Below, in pieces: positions 14,583 through 17,846 of a stretch of DNA of 17,846 bases. The stretch spans positions 1 through 17,846 of the forward strand of contig JAYOTF010000048.1 of assembly GCA_038150265.1 (NCBI GenBank), in the 5' to 3' direction. Under the pieces are notes generated by a model, which searched no databases, was not told the origin of the DNA, and saw only the letters and a list, made by a program, of their open reading frames with translations. The stretch comes from Deltaproteobacteria bacterium (lineage in GTDB: Bacteria; SAR324; NAC60-12). The position numbers and the translations under genes are program-made. Position 1 is the first letter of the stretch; each line of letters opens with the position of its first letter.

Positions 14583-15421
14583 GCGGCGTGACCCTGACCA
14601 CCGTTGCCCAACTTGCCGAGGCCTTTGACGTCTTTCTCCTCGATCAGTTCGGAGTCCTTCACAACGGACAAGAGCCGTATCCGGGAGCCCTGGACGCCCT
14701 GGAGCGCCTTCAGGCTGCCGGGAAGCAGGTGATCCTGCTCTCCAACTCCGGAAAGCGTGCCGAGGTCAACCAGGTCCGGATGGAGCGCCTCGGCTTCTCT
14801 CGAGACCTCTTTCAGCGCCTGGTCACGTCTGGGGAAGTCGCTCACGCGCTGTTTCAGGAGCAGTTGACCTCCCTCGGCCTGCAGGAAGGCGCCCGGTGCT
14901 TCATCATCTCCCGAGACACCGACCGCTCGGCGCTGGACGGGACCTCGCTCCAGGAAGTGCCCTCGGCCGAGGAAGCGGACGTGGTCATTCTGATGGGCAG
15001 CGAGGCTGACCGGGAAGCAGTGGAGGTCACCCTGAAGCGCCTCCAGCCGGCCCTGGACCGGAACCTCCCCTGCGTGTGCCTCAATCCCGACAAGTGGATG
15101 CTCACGCCCAGTGGACTGTGTGCCGGGTCCGGAACCTTTGCCGAGCACTACGAAACCCAAGGAGGCGCCGTCCTCTGGATTGGAAAGCCCTACCCGGAGA
15201 TCTACCACTTTGCGCAGCAGCATGGTGGTTTTTCCCAAGACGAGGCCGTGGCCATCGGAGACTCGATTGAGCACGACATCGCCGGAGCCACTCGCTTTGG
15301 GTGTGCCGGGGCCCTGGTTCGTTCCGGGATCCTCGTGGACGCCACGCCCGACGAGCTGGAACAACTCATGACCGAGCATCAGGCTCGTCCCCAGTTTGAG
15401 CTGCCCACCTTCTGCTGGTAG
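14579..15421 (+). CDS. HAD-superfamily subfamily IIA hydrolase (TIGR01459-like, NagD/AraL class)
   Basis: Motif I LLDQFGVLH, LLSNS, VTSGE, NPD, IGKPYP and motif IV IGDSIEHDIAG. ATGA overlap with the kinase stop (14579-14582). Confidence 0.87.
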   Translation: MSGVTLTTVAQLAEAFDVFLLDQFGVLHNGQEPYPGALDALERLQAAGKQVILLSNSGKRAEVNQVRMERLGFSRDLFQRLVTSGEVAHALFQEQLTSLGLQEGARCFIISRDTDRSALDGTSLQEVPSAEEADVVILMGSEADREAVEVTLKRLQPALDRNLPCVCLNPDKWMLTPSGLCAGSGTFAEHYETQGGAVLWIGKPYPEIYHFAQQHGGFSQDEAVAIGDSIEHDIAGATRFGCAGALVRSGILVDATPDELEQLMTEHQARPQFELPTFCW

Positions 15422-15470
15422 CGCTTCAGCCCCTTCCGTTTGACCCCCATTTTCTTACCCACTTTCAGGT

Positions 15471-15504
15471 CTTCCTTCAGGCTCAAACAAAGCTCTGAAG
15501 GAAG
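15471..15504. terminator. Hairpin downstream of the catabolic operon (probable terminator or 3' stabiliser)
   Basis: Perfect 10-bp inverted repeat CTTCCTTCAG...CTGAAGGAAG with inner GCT/AGC pairing, 50 bp after the last stop. No clear U-tract. Confidence 0.5.
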
Positions 15505-15546
15505 CGTGACGGTCTCCTAACCAATCCTTGACGCCAGGCAAATCGA

Positions 15547-15626
15547 CAGGTGGGAAATTGATGGTTTGTTGCGCAACAACTTCAGTTTCCAGACCTGCAT
15601 GACCTCATTCGCGAGGTCTCCATCAA
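15547..15626 (+). promoter_or_regulatory. Palindromic or structured leader upstream of the ugpB-like gene
   Basis: Perfect 14-bp palindrome TTGTTGCGCAACAA (15566-15579) nested in a longer imperfect inverted repeat (15547-15597), then GACCTC/GAGGTC (15601-15618). TTGACG lies at 15528-15533. Confidence 0.5.
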
Positions 15627-15645
15627 CTTGTCCGTTAGGGTAGAA

Positions 15646-16956
15646 ATGAACCTCAAGAATCTTGTGAAGGGAGCACTCCTTGGTGTTTCCATGACGGCTG
15701 CCACGGCCGCCTTTGCCGCCACTGAAATCCAGTGGTGGCACGCCATGGAGGGAAACCTCGGTGAAACGGTCAACCAGATTGCCAAGGACTTCAACGCGTC
15801 TCAGTCCGAGTACAAGCTGACCCCGGTCTTCAAGGGCGGATACGAGGACACCATGACTGCGGGAATTGCCGCTTTCCGGGCGAAGCAGCAGCCGCACATC
15901 ATCCAGATCTTTGATGCTGGTGCGGCGACCATCATCAATGCCAAAGGCGCCGTGCTTCCGGTTCAGGACCTGCTTGCCAAGTATGGGGTCGGTTTTGATG
16001 CCAACAACTACATCAGCGGCGTCCGGTCGTTCTATGCCGACGGCACCGGAAAAATGGTGGGCATGCCGTTCAACAGCTCCACCCCGGTGATGTACTACAA
16101 CAAGGACGCCTTCCAGAAGGCTGGTTTGACGCTGCCCCCCGCGACTTGGGAAGACTTTGAAAGCCGCGTGGCGCCGGCCCTGAAGGAAGCGGGATACATC
16201 GCCATGGCCCAGTCTCACAGCCCCTGGATCTTCTCTGAGAACTTCCACTCTCGGCACAACCTGCCCATGGCCACGAACAATAACGGGTTTGGAGGACTGG
16301 ACACCAAGATCCTCTACAACAACCCTGCGATGGTGGCCCACTGGTCTAAAATGAAGGAGTGGCAGGACAAGGGCTTCTACAAGTACTATGGGCGCGCCTG
16401 GGGCGATAACCAGAACGCGTTTGTCAATGAAGAAGTCGCCATCTGGTTCGGCTCCTCGGGCTCATTCGGTGGGCTGAAGAACTCCGCCAAGTTTGATTTC
16501 GGCACCACTTATCTGCCCTACTGGCAGTCTGTGACCAACAAGCCGACCAACACCTTCATTGGGGGCGCTGCGCTGTTTGCCATGTCCGGTCACAGCGATG
16601 AAGAGTACCGCGGTGTTGCCAAGTTCTTTGAGTACCTCACCAAGCCCGAGGTGCAGTTCTACTGGCACCGGGAAACCGGCTATGTCCCGATCACCAACGC
16701 CGCCTATGAGCTGGCTCGGAGCGAGGGCTACTACCGCGACAATCCGGATGCAGAAGTGGGCATCCTTCAGCTGAACCTGCCGGGTGGCGAGTACTCCAAG
16801 GGCTACCAACTGGGCTTCTATGTCCAGGTCCGGGAAGTCATGTACGAAGAGTTCGACAAGCTCTTCGCGGGCAAGGAAGACGCCAAGACCGCGCTGGCCA
16901 ACATTGAAGATGGCGCCAACAAGCTGCTGACCAAGTTCGCTCGCACCTACAACTGA
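15646..16956 (+). CDS. ugpB: sn-glycerol-3-phosphate/glycerophosphodiester-type ABC solute-binding protein (UgpB-like)
   Basis: Sec signal ending AFA|A; TEIQWWHAMEG, FKGGYEDTMTAGIAAFRA, MPFNSSTPVMYYNKDAF, ENF, IGGA and WHRETGYVP are typical of UgpB. Start placed at ATG 15646. Confidence 0.85.
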   Translation: MNLKNLVKGALLGVSMTAATAAFAATEIQWWHAMEGNLGETVNQIAKDFNASQSEYKLTPVFKGGYEDTMTAGIAAFRAKQQPHIIQIFDAGAATIINAKGAVLPVQDLLAKYGVGFDANNYISGVRSFYADGTGKMVGMPFNSSTPVMYYNKDAFQKAGLTLPPATWEDFESRVAPALKEAGYIAMAQSHSPWIFSENFHSRHNLPMATNNNGFGGLDTKILYNNPAMVAHWSKMKEWQDKGFYKYYGRAWGDNQNAFVNEEVAIWFGSSGSFGGLKNSAKFDFGTTYLPYWQSVTNKPTNTFIGGAALFAMSGHSDEEYRGVAKFFEYLTKPEVQFYWHRETGYVPITNAAYELARSEGYYRDNPDAEVGILQLNLPGGEYSKGYQLGFYVQVREVMYEEFDKLFAGKEDAKTALANIEDGANKLLTKFARTYN

Positions 16957-16970
16957 TCCTCGCTTGTTCC

Positions 16971-16994
16971 TGACCGAGCCTCCGGGCTCGGTCA
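16971..16994 (+). other. Intercistronic mRNA-stabilising hairpin after ugpB
   Basis: Perfect 10-bp stem TGACCGAGCC-TCCG-GGCTCGGTCA with a cUCCGg (UNCG) tetraloop and no U-tract. Confidence 0.7.
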
Positions 16995-17009
16995 CTTCCG
17001 GGTACTCCC

Positions 17010-17846
17010 TTGAAACGCGTCACGTTTTCTCACTCGCCCATCCCCTACCTGTTTGTCTTGCCGCAAATCCTCATCATTGCGGTGTTTTTCCTCTGGCCCT
17101 CCTTTGAAGCCATTCGCCTCTCGTTCTTCCTGGAAGACCCCTGGGGCCTCTCGAATGAATTCGTCTGGTTCGAAAACTACCAGACCATTTTTGAGGATCC
17201 GGAGTACGTGGGCACCCTGGTCGCGACCCTGATCTTTTCGCTGAGTGTCACGCTGCTTTCCCTGGGAGGAGCCATGCTCCTGGCGGTTCAGGTGGATGGT
17301 TTGCTCCGAGGAGGAGGGACGTATCGTCCGCTGATCACCTGGGCCTATGCGATTGCTCCGGCGGTGGCAGGCCTCGTGGTTCGCTTCCTGTTCAGTCCGC
17401 AAATCGGGCCGATCTACGCCCTCTTGAATCCCGACGGGCAACCGCCGTGGTTTGAGCCCACGCTGGACTCAATGGACGCCTGGGTGGTGGTCACCACCGG
17501 AGCCGTCTGGCGACAGGTCAGCGTCAACTTCATCTACCTGCTGGCAGGCTTGCAGTCCATTCCACGGGCCGTCCTGGAGGCGTCTCGGATTGACAACCCA
17601 AGTGGCTTCGGACGCTTCTGGGGGGTCACCTTTCCCCTGCTTGCCCCGACGCTGTTCTTCCTGATGGTCATCAACTTCAGCTACGCCTTCTTTGAAACCT
17701 TTGCCATCATTGACACCGTCTTTCCGTTTGGTCCGCCTTCCGGAGCCGCCAGTCTGGTGTACAAGGTTTATGTCGATGGCTTCAAGGGAGCGGACCTTGG
17801 AGGATCGTCGGCGCAGTCGGTGGTCCTGATGCTGTTTGTGCTCGCC
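17010..17846 (+). CDS. ugpA: UgpA-like ABC permease (partial, runs off window; absent from the ORF track)
   Basis: Manual translation from TTG 17010: MKRVTFSHSPIPYLFVLPQILIIAVFFLWP...VWFENY...YAIAPAVAG...VWRQVSVNFIYLLAGLQSIP...EASRID...TFPLLAPTLFFL..INFSYAFFETFAIID...LVYKVYVDGF..ADLGGSSAQSVVLM. An in-frame TGA at 16971 makes this TTG the only plausible start. Confidence 0.9.
   Translation, partial: MKRVTFSHSPIPYLFVLPQILIIAVFFLWPSFEAIRLSFFLEDPWGLSNEFVWFENYQTIFEDPEYVGTLVATLIFSLSVTLLSLGGAMLLAVQVDGLLRGGGTYRPLITWAYAIAPAVAGLVVRFLFSPQIGPIYALLNPDGQPPWFEPTLDSMDAWVVVTTGAVWRQVSVNFIYLLAGLQSIPRAVLEASRIDNPSGFGRFWGVTFPLLAPTLFFLMVINFSYAFFETFAIIDTVFPFGPPSGAASLVYKVYVDGFKGADLGGSSAQSVVLMLFVLA

Noticed and set aside
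15422..15645. Pho box upstream of the ugpB-like gene
   Set aside because: No CTGTCAT-like direct repeats at 11-bp spacing are visible.

Overview
A high-GC bacterial window that is almost entirely coding and devoted to carbohydrate uptake and catabolism; the signal peptides without lipoboxes suggest a diderm host. It starts with the 3' end of an unidentified gene and a Gfo/Idh/MocA oxidoreductase. These converge on a minus-strand pair, a SorC/DeoR-family repressor and an FGGY kinase. An AT-rich divergent promoter with repeated operator-like boxes then leads into an 11-gene plus-strand operon. In order it encodes an AraM/EgsA-like (sn-glycerol-1-phosphate dehydrogenase family) enzyme, a HAD-IIB phosphatase, two CUT1 permeases, a Tat-exported solute-binding protein, an SDR, a MalK-type ATPase and a FucA-like class II aldolase. 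After a 222-bp hairpin-packed spacer come a second, RhaD-like class II aldolase-fold protein, an SePSK/AtXK-1-type FGGY kinase and a HAD-IIA with a non-canonical DQFG motif. The window ends with the start of a ugpBA-like ABC system; the ugpA-like gene is missing from the ORF track because it runs off the window. The main finding is the enzyme set itself (two kinases, two class II aldolases, two HADs and a G1PDH-like enzyme with altered substrate motifs), which matches no characterised pathway I can name and may catabolise an unusual polyol or sugar through polyol-1-phosphate and ketose-1-phosphate intermediates. I saw no mobile elements, CRISPR arrays, tRNA or rRNA. All family calls come from motif recognition, not database searches.
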